Assembly: GCA_951406725.2 (NCBI GenBank)
Contig: OX597820.1
Location: 113,088,001 to 113,152,000 of the forward strand
Length of the DNA stretch: 64,000 nucleotides
Direction of reading: 5' to 3'
Source: Octopus vulgaris
Lineage: Eukaryota
Shown here: in pieces, positions 12,820-25,139 of the stretch
How positions within the stretch are numbered: the first letter of the stretch is position 1
Layout: the number at the start of each line of letters is the position of its first letter
Made by a program: the position numbers and the translations under genes
The notes under the pieces: generated by a model
Database searches by the model: none
What the model was told of the DNA's origin: nothing
What the model saw: the letters and a program-made list of their open reading frames with translations, nothing else

Positions 12820-14352
12820 TCAGATTCTTACCTAACACTCCCTTGTAGACTTTGCGTGAAACCGATTGGTATGTTCAGCCGTGATGGACATATAATACTG
12901 TACATTTTGGATAATATACCCACTCTACTGACAGATATACAAGTGCATCTTTTCCCTGACTCATGGTCTCTTAGAAGACTCACGCATGTATGTGTGTGTG
13001 TGTGTGTGTATAACGCACACATGAGCTGTCCTCCATGCCTGATTCTTGCCAGCCCACACCTTCCACACCCTCAGAGTTGGCACATTGAAAGATAGGTCTG
13101 GTGAGATTGCTGAGGTGCTTGTATGGAGGTATATAGATTTATGCTGCATCCAAGAGGTAAATTGGAGAGGAGGTCTTGCTAGGTTCCTCACAGGCAAAGG
13201 TCATAGGTATAAGATTTTCTGAATAGAGAACAATGATGTTGTTGGGGGCGTGTGTATACTCCTTACTGAGAAAAGGGTTGATAAGGTAATTAAAGTAGTC
13301 AGTCTGTGATAGAATACTTAAGCTTAAACTAATACTGCAACATGGAATAGCAACCATTACCTTGGCCTATGCCCTTCAGCCTGGGCTGACTGGTGAACAG
13401 AAAGACCGATTTTATGACACCCTCTTGCAGACTACCTTGTCGATGAATGACATGGACCTTCTCTTTGTGGCTGGTGACTTCAATTGGCTTATTGGACAAC
13501 ATCCAGGGAGCTTCTATAGTGTAAATGGAAATGGGAGCTTCCATGGTGTGCATGGTGGCAATGGATTTGGTTCCCACAATGAAGAGGTAACCAGGCTGCT
13601 GGAGTTCTGTGATGCAAATGATCTTATGGTTTGTAATACTAACTTCAGGAAATCTGCCAGTCACCTGTTCACCTACAAGTCCTGTAGATAACCAGTGTGG
13701 AAAAGAAGAGTTTGGAAACTTAAGCATCCTCTGAATGGACAGAGATTTAGAGATGTATTACTTGAAGCTTTTGATGAAAAAGAGGAAGATATAGCATCAC
13801 ATAAGGTGAAGGACAACCGGAGGTTCCTATGCGACAACCTGTTTAGGGCTACTGACCAGATCTGTGACTGGTGCAAAGTCCCCTCTCGACCTAAGGTGAC
13901 ATGGTGGTGGAACAACACAGTTGACAGGGCCATTAGGGAAAAGAAACAGGCCTGGAAGGATTGAAAGTGTGGTGGTAGTGGGGAAGTGTATCAGATGGCC
14001 AGAAGGGAAGTTAGGAGAGAGGTTTACTTAGCCAGAGGGGAAGCAGAAAAGAAGAGATTTACCAATTTTCTGTGACATGAGGATTAAAAACTTGAAGTGT
14101 TTCAAATTGCAAGACAACGTGTGAGAGAAAATCATGATGTCATTGGAGAGAAATGTGTCCACATGGATGATGGCTCACTTGCATTTTATGATGCTGCAAA
14201 GAAAGAGGCTTGGAGACACCACTATGAAAGGTTGTTAAATGAAGAGAACGAATGGGAGAAAGAGAATTTGGCAAATGTTGACCCAAGAGAAGCGCCATCC
14301 AACCCACGCCAGCAAGGAAAGCAGACGTTAAATGATGATGATGATGATGATA
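12820..14352 (+). mobile_element. Internally deleted RTE LINE (decayed APE endonuclease and linker joined directly to the 3' UTR and (GAT)n tail)
   Basis: YALQPGL..KDRFYD..VAGDFN..GFGSHNEE..LLEFC..NTNFRK and TWWWNNTVDRAIREKK. Ends ccaacccacgccagcaaggaaagcagacgttaaa(tga)n. Confidence 0.85.
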
Positions 14353-15236
14353 ATGATACACACACACATACATACATACATACATACATACATACATACA
14401 TACATACATACATACATACATACATACATACATACATACATAAACAAACCTACACACATGAGCATTCATATATAAATGCATACAAAATGTGAAGATCAAA
14501 ATATAAGACATTAAAGTGATGATGGTATACTCAACCATAAAATGAAAGAATACTTGTAGAATGTTCCTGTCAAAGTTATTTAACCCCTTTTGTTACCATT
14601 ATTCTGTTGGAATACTCTGCTTTGTTCTAATTAGTTTTCAAAATAATGAGGAATTTTGTCAAATAACTTTGTTCCTATTTATCTGATGTTTTGCACATTA
14701 ATTCATGTGAAGTTTTGATGGAAGGCCTTAATTTACAATCACTTTTAATTTATAACCATTTTAAAAGAAGAAGTTTGTATCATCGAAGTAGGGGTGGTCT
14801 CGAATGGATTGGTATCAAGAGGATTAAAGGATTAAAATTTAAGCACCATAGACCAGATGTAATTATATAGGAGAGGGAAATCTAATTGTGTAGAGTAGTA
14901 GGTTAGATCAGAGATCTTATCATAGGCTGTTTTATGGTTGAATGGTCAGTGACTAAACTGGCTCCCCACCTGAGTAGCTTGCTATTCTTGTGTGGAAGCT
15001 ACTTGGACAGCAAGCAGGGCTGAAAACAAGACCTATAGAAGGCTTGATGAGATCCTTGTGGGCCAACAGCCATCCAGTTGGCTAAGTCATAATGAAGTGA
15101 TACTATGGCTTCATCCAATGGGAGAACTTGCACTTAATTCAGAAATCTTTCATTACAGTGTCATCAACAAGCTGTAAATGTATACGATATATGCCAATGA
15201 AGAGTAGAAATTAGTAATTACCTGCATAGGAACATA

Positions 15237-15630
15237 TCTTTATATATAAAAGTGAGGTTGTGTGCTGTCTGTCTCCTACGATTTAGATTCCTAACTACTC
15301 CCACATTTTGCGGTGCAGTTTAACCAAAACCGGGTATCTTATAGTCGTGATTCATATCGAGCCCTTCTGGGTATTAGCGCGTCTACGATGAGTCTACGAT
15401 TTAAAAAAAAATTTACCATCAATTTTTCCCATTTTTAATCCATTTTTGGCATATATAAGGGAAGTAACTCTCTAAAAATTTATTATTAAATCTCAGAACG
15501 TAAAAAGCTACAGTAAACCCCCCCCTTTGTGGTTAGCCATATTGAGATGGCTATTATACTTTACATCTCTGAAAATGCTTATATAGTTATTTCCCTTACA
15601 AACCCGAGCAACACCGGGCAATACTGCTAG
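15237..15630 (+). mobile_element. Non-autonomous Helitron
   Basis: A|TCTTTATATATAAAAG ... CCCGagcaacacCGGG hairpin, CTAG|T. No target-site duplication. Confidence 0.75.
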
Positions 15631-16225
15631 TTACTAATAATGAATGAAAATGAAGGCATCAATGAGAAATCTGCAAAGACTACACCCAGTCTATAAATTT
15701 AGATCTATACCTGTTAATATTATGGCACTTAATAGGGCAGTGATCTGGAAGAATCATTTGCATGCTGGGTAAAATGGTTAGTGGTATTTCGTTTATCTTT
15801 ACATTCTGAGTTCAAATGCCACCAAGGCCATCTTTACTGTTCATCCTTTAGGGGTCAATAGAATAAGTACAAACTGAAAACTGGGTTGAACAATAATTGA
15901 CTTACCCACTCACCTGAAATTGCTGGCCTTGTGAACAAAATTTGAAAGTAGTATTATGGTAGTTGATAAAGTAGCCAACTACTTTGGCATCAATCCTGAG
16001 AAGCTGGAATTCACAAAACCCATAAAAGACATGGAGAGTCAGCAAAATTAAAAGTACAAGCCATAAATGGAATTGTAGAAATATATATAAAAAAACTCAT
16101 CCAGAAATTTAAGCTGTCTGCTGTACATATAAGGCATTTATAAACATTTGAAAATATATAAATATACATACATATGTGAAAACATGCAGATTTATATATG
16201 TAATTAGATACATACAATTATGTGT

Positions 16226-16609
16226 GGAAGCACTCCGTCGGTTACGACGATGAGGGTTCCGGTTCATCCGAATCAAAGGAACAGCCTGCTCGTGAAATTA
16301 ACGTGTAAGTGGCTGAGCACTCCACAGACACGTGCACCCTTAACGTAGTTCTCGGGGATATTCAGCGTGACACAGAGAGTGACAAGGCCGGCCCTTTGAA
16401 ATACAGGTACAACAGAAACAGGAAGTAAGAGTGAGAGAAAGTTGTGGTGAAATAGTACAGCAGGGATCACCACCCATCCCCTGCCAGAGCCTCGTGGAGC
16501 TTTAGGTGTTTTCGCTCAATAAACACTCACAACGCCCAGTCTGGGAATCGAAACCGCGATCTTATGACCGCGAGTCCGCTGCCCTAACCACTGGGCCAAT
16601 GCGCCTCCA
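16226..16609 (-). mobile_element. tRNA-derived SINE (shared head, body type B) with a 13-bp TSD
   Basis: TACAATTATGTGT at 16213-16225 and 16613-16625. Confidence 0.8.
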
Positions 16610-17149
16610 ATGTACAATTATGTGTACAAACATATGTATAAGCATGTATGCACATACATACATGTGTCCATGCATGTTTGACATACCTGCATGCGTAACT
16701 TGACAGTAGTTTCACTGTGTCAAGGACATAAGCACAGTCATGGCTAAGTGGTTAAGAAGTTCACTTGCCAATCATGTAGTTTCTGGTTCACTCTCATTAC
16801 ATGGTACCTTGGGTGAATGTTCACTACTATAGCCTGTTACTAACCGAAGGCTTGTGAATGGATTTACAAGACAAACTGATAGTAGCCCATCTTATACATG
16901 TGTGTGTGTGTGTGTCTGCATGTAAGTATGTGTGCAAATGAGTGCATATTTCCCTTATCTCCATGTATGTTTGCTGCTTGTAATCGGTTTCCAGTTCTCC
17001 ATGTAAAGCATGGGGGCATTGTTAGATGTTTGCTAGACTCAGAGACTGGAAACAGGTGTATGTTGGCATCAGGAAAGGTATCCAGGTGTAGCAGACTCTG
17101 CTCCGATGTCTGAGTCATGCAAGCATGGGACACTAGCCATTAAAATACA

Positions 17150-17223
17150 TGATGATGATGGTGATGATGGTGGTAGTAATGATGATGATGACAACAATAA
17201 TGACATCGGCGATGATGGTGACA

Positions 17224-17262
<39 letters not shown>

Positions 17263-17300
17263 GTGATGACGATGATGATGATGATGATGATGATGATGAC
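17150..17300. repeat. (GAT)n compound microsatellite extending an RTE tail
   Basis: Seen directly in the sequence. Confidence 0.9.
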
Positions 17301-17938
17301 TAAGGCTATCTATATTATATAATGTAACACTATGTAGCTATATTTGAATACAATAAGCTATATTTGAAAAGACAGGGTTGTCATGACTGCAATGTCTTTG
17401 ATTCTTAGCCTACTTGACCAAGGCTAACCTGGTGATAAGTAGAAGCAACAGACACATACACATTGTGTCTATTTGTCCAGTCAACAGCTACACATGCAAA
17501 AAAAGAAGGAAACATATGTGATCACATGTCCAAGTAGAAATAGCAGCCAAATTCCTCAAACGACCATCTTAAAAAGGAAAAGACATTGTGCAAAGAAGTC
17601 TTACATATTCCAACAAAAATGGCTGGAACAACTTTGATTATAGGTCTATTGTTGAGGATGAAAGGCTAAGAGGACCTCAACAGAACTTGGATGCAGAATG
17701 TTAAGATGTGCAAAATGCCGCTAAGCATTTCACCTAGCATGTTGGCAATTCTGGCAGCCCCCCCCCCCTCCACCTTAAAACTCTCTTAGTATATTGACAA
17801 CGTCTACTGACTGTGTCTCTTTATTAAGTGAACGTCTTCACACTGTATCTATCTTTTATATCTATACGTAATATCTTCCATTCAGTGAACATTTATACAT
17901 TGTGTTTCTTTAATCAACAACTTACATATGCATACTGT

Positions 17939-17939
<1 letters not shown>

Positions 17940-17973
<34 letters not shown>

Positions 17974-18970
17974 TTAGCGTCCGCTTTCCATGCTAGCATG
18001 GGTTGGACGGTTCAACTGGGGTCTGGGAAGCCATGAAGGCTGCACCAGGCCCAGTCTGATCTGGCAATGTTTCTATGGCTGGATGCCCTTCCTAATGCCA
18101 ACCACCACGTGAGTGTAGTGGGTGCTTTTTACGTGCCACTGGCACAGGTGCCAGACGGGGCTGGCAAACGGCCACAGTCAGATGGTTCACTTACATGCCA
18201 CCGGTACTGGTATCATAGCTACAATTTCCATTGATGTTGATCAATTTCAATTTTGATTTTCACTTGCCTCAACAGGTCTTCACAAGTAGAATTTTGTGTC
18301 CCAAGAAGGAAAGGTATGCATAAGTGGACTGGCTACATCCCAGGTAGATGCCATGGGTTATGGTCTCACTTGTCCTGCCGGGTCTTCTCAAGCACAGCAT
18401 ATTTCCAAAGGTCTTGGTCTCTAGTCATTTCCTTGGTGAGACCTAAAGTTCGAAGGTCGTGCTTCACCACCTCGTCCCAAGTTTTCCTGCGTCTACCTCT
18501 TCCACAGGTTCCCTCAACCGCTAGGATGTGGTACTTTTTCACACAGCTACCCACATCCATTCTTGCCACATGCCCATACCAGCGCAGTCGTCTCTCTTGC
18601 ACACCACATCTGATGCTTCTTAGGTCCAACATTTCTCTCAAGGTACTTACACTCTGTCAAGTATGCACACTGACATTACACATCCATCGGATCATACTGG
18701 CTTCATTTCTTGCGAGTTTACGCATATCCTCAGCAGTCACGGCCCATGTTTCACTACCATGTAGCATGGCTGTTCGTACACATGCGTCATACAGTCTACT
18801 TTTTACTCTGAGCGAGAGGCCTTTTGTCACCAGCAGGAGTAAGAGCTCTCAGAACTTTGCCCAGGCTATTCTTACTCTAGCAGTTACACTTTCAGCACAT
18901 CCACACCGGCTACTGACTTGGTCACCTAGGTAACGGAAGCTATCAACTATTTCTAGTTTTTCTCCCTGGA
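17940..18970 (-). mobile_element. 5'-truncated RTE LINE (RT C-terminus, 3' UTR, (GAT)n tail); further 3'-end copies at ~21260-21633, 27105-27303, 27938-28080
   Basis: RRLRWYGHVARMD...GRGRRRKTWDEVVKHDL...DLWKYAV. The 3' end ccatgctagcatggaaagcggacgctaaa(tga)n is shared among copies. Confidence 0.88.
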
Positions 18971-21705
18971 ATCTATTTATATAATCAGATATAATTATGT
19001 ATCTATTTATATAATCAGCATCCATAAACTATCTATCTAACCAGCATCTAACATTGTTTCCTCTCAGCTTTCTATCCACTCAACATCTACCCACTGTTTC
19101 AGTCTATCCAGCCAACATCATACACATTACCTATATCTCTCTAGTCAACATTTACATTGTAAAACTGTTTCTCTGCACAGCAACATGATGTTGTGCCTAT
19201 TTATCGAACCAATGTCTACATATAGTGCCATCTATCAAGTCAACATCTACACACTGTTTCTATCTTGTCTATCCAATCAACAACTTCACCAAGCTTGCTT
19301 CCCAACCACATGGTCCTGGGTTCAGTCCCACTGAGTGGCATCTTGGGCAAGTGTCTTCTACTATAGTCTCAGTGGATTTTGTAGACAGAAAATGAATGAA
19401 GCCTGTCGTGTGTGTGTGTGTGTGCGTGCATATGCGTGTGTGTGCACATGTGTGTGTGTGTGCATATGCATGTGTGTCTGCATATGCATGTGTGTGTACA
19501 TGTGTGTGTATGTGTTTGTGTGTGTTTGTGTCTGTCTATTCCCTCTCCACTGCTTGACAACTGGTGTTGGTGTGTTTACGTCAGTAGTTCAGCAAAAGGT
19601 GCTAATAGAATAAGTCTCAGGTTTAATAAAATAGTACTGGGACTGATTCATTCAACTAAAAATTCTTTAAGGCAGTGCCCCAGCATGGCCACATTCTAAT
19701 GACTGAAACAAGTAAAGGACAAACGATATGTTTTTCTACCAAGTCAAATACACACTCATCTATTTATTTGTTGAGCCAGAATTTCTCTATAGCGTCACTC
19801 TGTCCAGCTTACAGCTTCTATGCTGTGTGATTATGCTCCATCAGTGACAAAGATACATCTGCTGCATCTACCAAGAACCATCGCTAAAATTTAACAAACC
19901 AAACATAGAGTCTAGAAAAGTAATTCCCAGAAAACTTTCCAAAAGGAAAGAAACCATGGATAAAATCTCTGCTTTTGAATTAGAGGTAATTTACTTTTAT
20001 ATTTAGTGGGTTTGGGGAAAGGGGTGGTAGTCATGGTCTTTGCAGGCCCTCCAAGACTGGTGATAAAAATGCCGTTAACATTTCTGTTATAGTATTTATG
20101 GATTTGCATTATTGTTTAGCCTCAGAACAGCCCTGATCTAAGAGTTACGATCAAAGACATTCTAGCAATGGCCATACTCTCCAAGATAAAGTCTCTTTTA
20201 TCCAAGATAAAGTCTGTAGGACTACATTATACCATAGATCCTTCCATTTAAAGTCAATAGTATGTAATTAGGAGGAGATTTGGGTACTATTTCATGCAGG
20301 TTGAGGCTTTCTTTTTTGGACTGTGTTTGTGCTTATGCATGTGTGTATGTGTGTCTGTGTGTGTGTGTGACAATGATGATGACAGCAGATGAGCAGTGGT
20401 AGTGGTGATGGTGGTGGTGGTTGTAGTGGTAATGGCGATGATGATGGTGATGATTATAATGATGATGACAACAATGATGATTATGATGGTGGTAGTGGTA
20501 GCAGCGGTGGTGGTTATGGTGATTGCAATGATGATGACTATGGTCGCGGTGGCAGCAGCAGTACTGGTGGTGGCAGCAGCAGCGGTGGTGGTGGTGGTGG
20601 TGATGATGATAACCATGACAACAAAGATGACAGCAAAGATAATCCCCTCTGTTGCTTGATTTATCTCTCTATTCACCAGCATTGAATATGTATATCAATA
20701 TCTAAATTTGTAAACCTTGCCATTGATACATTGCTATGACAATAAATGGATGTTAAAATATGAAAATAAATAATGTGAAAGAGAATGTCACCAACCGAAT
20801 ATAGAAGGAGAAAGAAGACAAATGTGAAACTGTGCAGAAATGAGTCCCTCAAGAACAAGGTTCATTGGAATGGTGTGCTTCATTACTGCAAACAGTGGCA
20901 GCACTGTTAAATGTATAAGTGTCTCACTGATGTGATCAGCCTGGTGCACCTTTGATCAGTCTTGAAGGGCCTGCAAAGACCATGACCACCACCCCTTTCT
21001 CCAAACCCACTAAATATAAAACTAAACTAAGCCTAGTTTCCTTTTTATAGTGTTTAGCGTTTATCTTTTGTTTCAGTTATCAAATAAATTGACCCCAGTA
21101 CTTATTCTGTCAGTCTCTTTCGCCAAGCCACTAGTCACAAGGATGTAAACAAAGCAACACCAATTGTCAAGCAGGGAGATGAACACGCACAAACACACAC
21201 ACATACACATAAAACAGGATTTGCCCAATGATATAGAAATTCATATACTGTGTTAGTAGGGTGCCAAGAGCACCATCCGAGTGTGATCATTGCCAGAGCA
21301 GCCAACTGGCTTCCATACCTGTGGCACGTAAAAGGGCGCCATTCGAGCGTGATTGTTACCAACGTCACTTCACTGGCACCTGTGCCAGTGGCATGTGTAA
21401 AAAGATTCGAGCAAGGTCATTGCCAGTACCGCCTGACTGGCCCCCATGCTGGTGGCACGTAAAAAGCACCCACTACATTCGCAGAGTGGTTGGCATTAGG
21501 AAGGGCATCCAGCTGTAGAAACTCTGCCAGATCAAGATTGGAGCCTGGTGCAGCCATCTGGTTCACCAGCCCTCAGTCAAAATTGTCCAACCCATGCTAG
21601 CATGGAAAGCGGACGTTAAATGATTATGATGATGAATGCATGAACAAGTGCATTGCTTTTAATTGCTATCAGCCTACATGCTAATCATTGGAGAAGTTTT
21701 GTATA

Positions 21706-22991
21706 TGAGGGTGGGCTGAAAGGTTCACAGGCTGACTATGAAGCAGTGATGCTAGAATTGTGAAATCCTTCATGCACTAATATCAACACTTCTTATTAAT
21801 AGTTGCATTGTTTCTTTCCAGATAAACTGACATCTGATTCTACAAAGAAGACTTCAAAAGTAACTGGCCATAACATATCTTGAAATGGACAGAATTTGGC
21901 ATTGTGGTGTTATCAAATACCTGTAGAAAAAGGATTTATCCCCCAATGACATTCATACTGACATGGTTGCTACATTAGGAGATGATGCTCCAACTTTATC
22001 AACAAAGCAAAAGTGGACAGCAGAATTTAGGAGAGGAACAGAGAATCTTGAAGATGATCCGGTGTTTGGACAACCTACAACTGCCACCACTGATGAAAAC
22101 ATTGTGTTCACCACATGCTGATGGATGACAGGCGATTGACTATAAATCAAATAGTCAATGCTATTAACGTATCCTATGAGAGAGTCAAGAATATTCTGCA
22201 CAATGAACTTGGCTTGATGAAGGTTTCTGCTCAGTGGGTGTCATGTCTTCTGACACCTGATCAAAAGTGCACCAGGTTGATCACATCACAGGAAAATCTG
22301 ATATTGTATGAGGCAGATCCATTTGGTTTCCTGGAACATTTCCTAATACACAATGAATGTTTGATTCATCACTTTTAGCCAAAGAGACAATCCTTGCAGT
22401 GGAAGCATCCCTCCTCACCTGTTGCAAAGAAAGTCACAGTCATTTCATCTGCAGGAAAGGTGATGGACTCAGTTTTTGGAGATGCAAAAAGCATTGTGTT
22501 TATTGACTATTTTCAAAAAGGCTAAGCCATCAAAGGAGAGTGCTATGCCACTTGCTGAAGCAGTTTCAAAAGGCTATCAAGTTCAAATGCTCAGGAAAAC
22601 TGACAGAAGGAGTCTTGTCTCATCAGAACAATGCTCTCGCATGCAAGTCCTTGGTTTCAATGACTGCTGTGCATGACAGTGGCTTTGAAATATTTTATCA
22701 ATCTCCCTGTTCTCCAGATTTGACTCCATCTGACTATCATCTGTTCCCAAACATGAAAAACACTTGACTAGGAACCATTTTCACATTGATGGTGATGTCA
22801 TCGCATCTGCTGTTGATAACTTTTTTAACCAACAGGATGAAAGCTCCTTCACCAATGGGATCCAAGCTCTGCAACACCAATGGAAGAAGTGTGTGAACTG
22901 ATAGGGGAGATTATGTTGAAAGTAAACTTTCATTTGGTCACATTCCCTGAGAATATCTTGATCAGCCTAAGAACTTTTTAACCAACCCTCA
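21706..22991 (+). mobile_element. Full-length decayed mariner (DD34D-type) transposon
   Basis: TIRs tgagggtgggctgaaaggttc / gaactttttaaccaaccctca, length ~1.29 kb. Motifs AQWVSCLLT, HQNNA and PCSPDLTPSDYHLF. Confidence 0.88.
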
Positions 22992-24335
22992 TTTTCATTG
23001 TTCCTCTTAAAGACTGAATTTGCAGAATACAAGTTTAATGATAACTTTTTTCTTTTGGATATAAAACGCCTTACATTTTAAGGTCCTTACTTAAAAGTTT
23101 GTAACACAACAATCATAGATACATATCTGGGTAAAGAAGCTGTAAAGATTGAAGGAGTTGTAACAATACAATGATAAGTTGGAGTTAACAAAATGAATAT
23201 GAGCCAAAATCAGTCCTTCACCATGTACATATTGTTTATGTACAATCATGTACATATGATTTGACAGAGCCAACAATCTGGTAAAGCCAAAAAGGATGAA
23301 CAGAAGAACAGCATTCATTTCACAATATCATGTAGATTAATTAGATAAAGAGGGGTCCTCCATGTGGTAATGAATGTTTATATATTGGAGTGGTTAGCTG
23401 ATGTTAGCAGACATATTTTTTTATGAGTCAGGTCAGATGGTCAGATAGAATCACATAGACATGGAATAGGAGCCGGCATGGTTTTGTGGCAAGAGGTTTG
23501 CTTCCAAACCATCTGTTTTCAGGTTTAGTTCCACTGTGTAGCAAGTCTTGTTTCATTTCTTATGAATCCGATTATCAGCTTCTACTGTTTTTACTTGTCA
23601 TTTGCATCCTTTCTCCCAGACCGACTGGCAGGCATTCAGTTTGCTACTTTCATTTCAAGTTCTTATAGTTTTATATCACCAGTTCTTGGTTGCCCACAAA
23701 AATTTGATTAGACAGATTTGTGTTGACATCATCGAATCCATGAATTGTTTGACCAGATTTCAAGAATTACTACTTCTTTACAAAGAAAAACATCTGTCAG
23801 ATTTTTTTTTATGACTTCTCATATTTGGAAACCAAAAAGTTTTCAGTTCAAGTCACAGTTTAAATTTTTATACAGTTGTCAAAAGATGTTCTCTTTCTCA
23901 CTGATTTCAAATGACATGCTGAGATCTACTGAACAGTTGACCTCTGCAACAATCCCTCATATTGTTCCCTCTCAAGTCAGTTGTCTTTGATAATGATAAG
24001 GGAACATGGCTATAGAAAGAATGACATTATTGGAGGTTTATGAATAGAATTTGGTACATGAAAGACATAAATTTTGCAAGACTCAAAGAAGGTAATCCCT
24101 GTAAGATAGCAGTAACTCTGAATAAACACCGACCCAATGTAGATGAACACTTCAACTCAAACAGGGAACACCTCCAGTGCTGGTGGCAAAAAAAGGACAA
24201 AAAAGAAACAAATAAGAAAATAAATTAAAATATGAATTCCAAAAATGGTCATACACACACACACACACACACGCACTGCTATGCATAAAAACACACACAC
24301 ATGCACTCGCAAGCACAATAAAAAGATTTACTCAC

Positions 24336-24362
24336 CAAAATGTATTATGGAACCAACTCCAT
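24336..24362 (-). CDS. Candidate 27-nt microexon of an unidentified host transcript
   Basis: tctccatttttattgcAG|ATGGAGTTGGTTCCATAATACATTTTG|GTGAGT. Strong acceptor and donor, length divisible by 3, two open frames. Confidence 0.4.
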
Positions 24363-24677
24363 CTGCAATAAAAATGGAGATAATATGAATAATAATAATA
24401 CTAATAATGATGATGATGATTTCTTTTATTAACAACAACTGCAATCCTTTCTGCTATAGGTACAAAGACCTGAAATTGAGAAGGAGGGTAAGTTGATTAC
24501 ATCAATGCCAGTGCTCAACTGGTACATGTTTTACCTGAAAGGATAAAAAGCGAAGTTGATCTCAGCTGAATTTGAACTCAGAAGGTAAAGATGGACGAAA
24601 TGCAGCCAAGTATTTCACCCACTATGCTAACAATTCTGCCACTTCACTGCCTTAAATAATGGTTTCTATTATAGGTG

Positions 24678-24999
24678 CGTGGAGGCACAATGGCCCAGTT
24701 GTTAGGGCAGCAGACTCGCGATTGTAGGATTGCGGTTTTGATTCCCAGACTGGGCATTGTGAGTGTTTATTGAGCGAAAACACCTAAAGCTCCATGCGGC
24801 TCCATGCGACTCCAGCAGCGGGGGGTGGAGATCCCTGCTGTACTCTTTCACCACAACTTTCTCTCACTCTTTCTTCTGTTGGCCTGCTCGCTTAGCCAGC
24901 GGGGTGGTGTCATTTGAAGGCTAAAACAATGCAAAGCGCACTGTGACCAGCGAGGTGTAGCAACATCTGATAGCCTGGTCGGTCACGGTGATCACGGTG
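24678..24999 (+). mobile_element. tRNA-derived SINE (shared head, body type C; second copy at 35088-35397 minus) with a 9-bp TSD
   Basis: ATTATAGGT at 24668-24676 and 25000-25008; tcacggtga tandem tail. Confidence 0.8.
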
Positions 25000-25139
25000 A
25001 TTATAGGTACAAAGCCTGAAATTTTGGTGGATGGGGGCTAGTTGACTACATTGATCTAGTGTTCAACAAGTACTTATATTATTGATCTCAAAAGAATGAA
25101 GGGCGAAATTGACTTTGGTGAAATAACAACAACAATAAT

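Noticed and set aside
18253-18933. 226-aa plus-strand ORF
   Set aside because: It is the antisense shadow of the minus-strand RTE RT.
18970-19290. CRISPR-like repeat-spacer pattern
   Set aside because: The repeats are degenerate and tandem without unique spacers, the context is eukaryotic, and there are no cas genes.
20796-20885. In-frame UGA (…EPCS-U-GTHFC) if the 49-nt candidate exon splices to the 90-nt one, suggesting selenocysteine
   Set aside because: The exons are hypothetical, no SECIS or selenoprotein similarity was found, and another frame is fully open.
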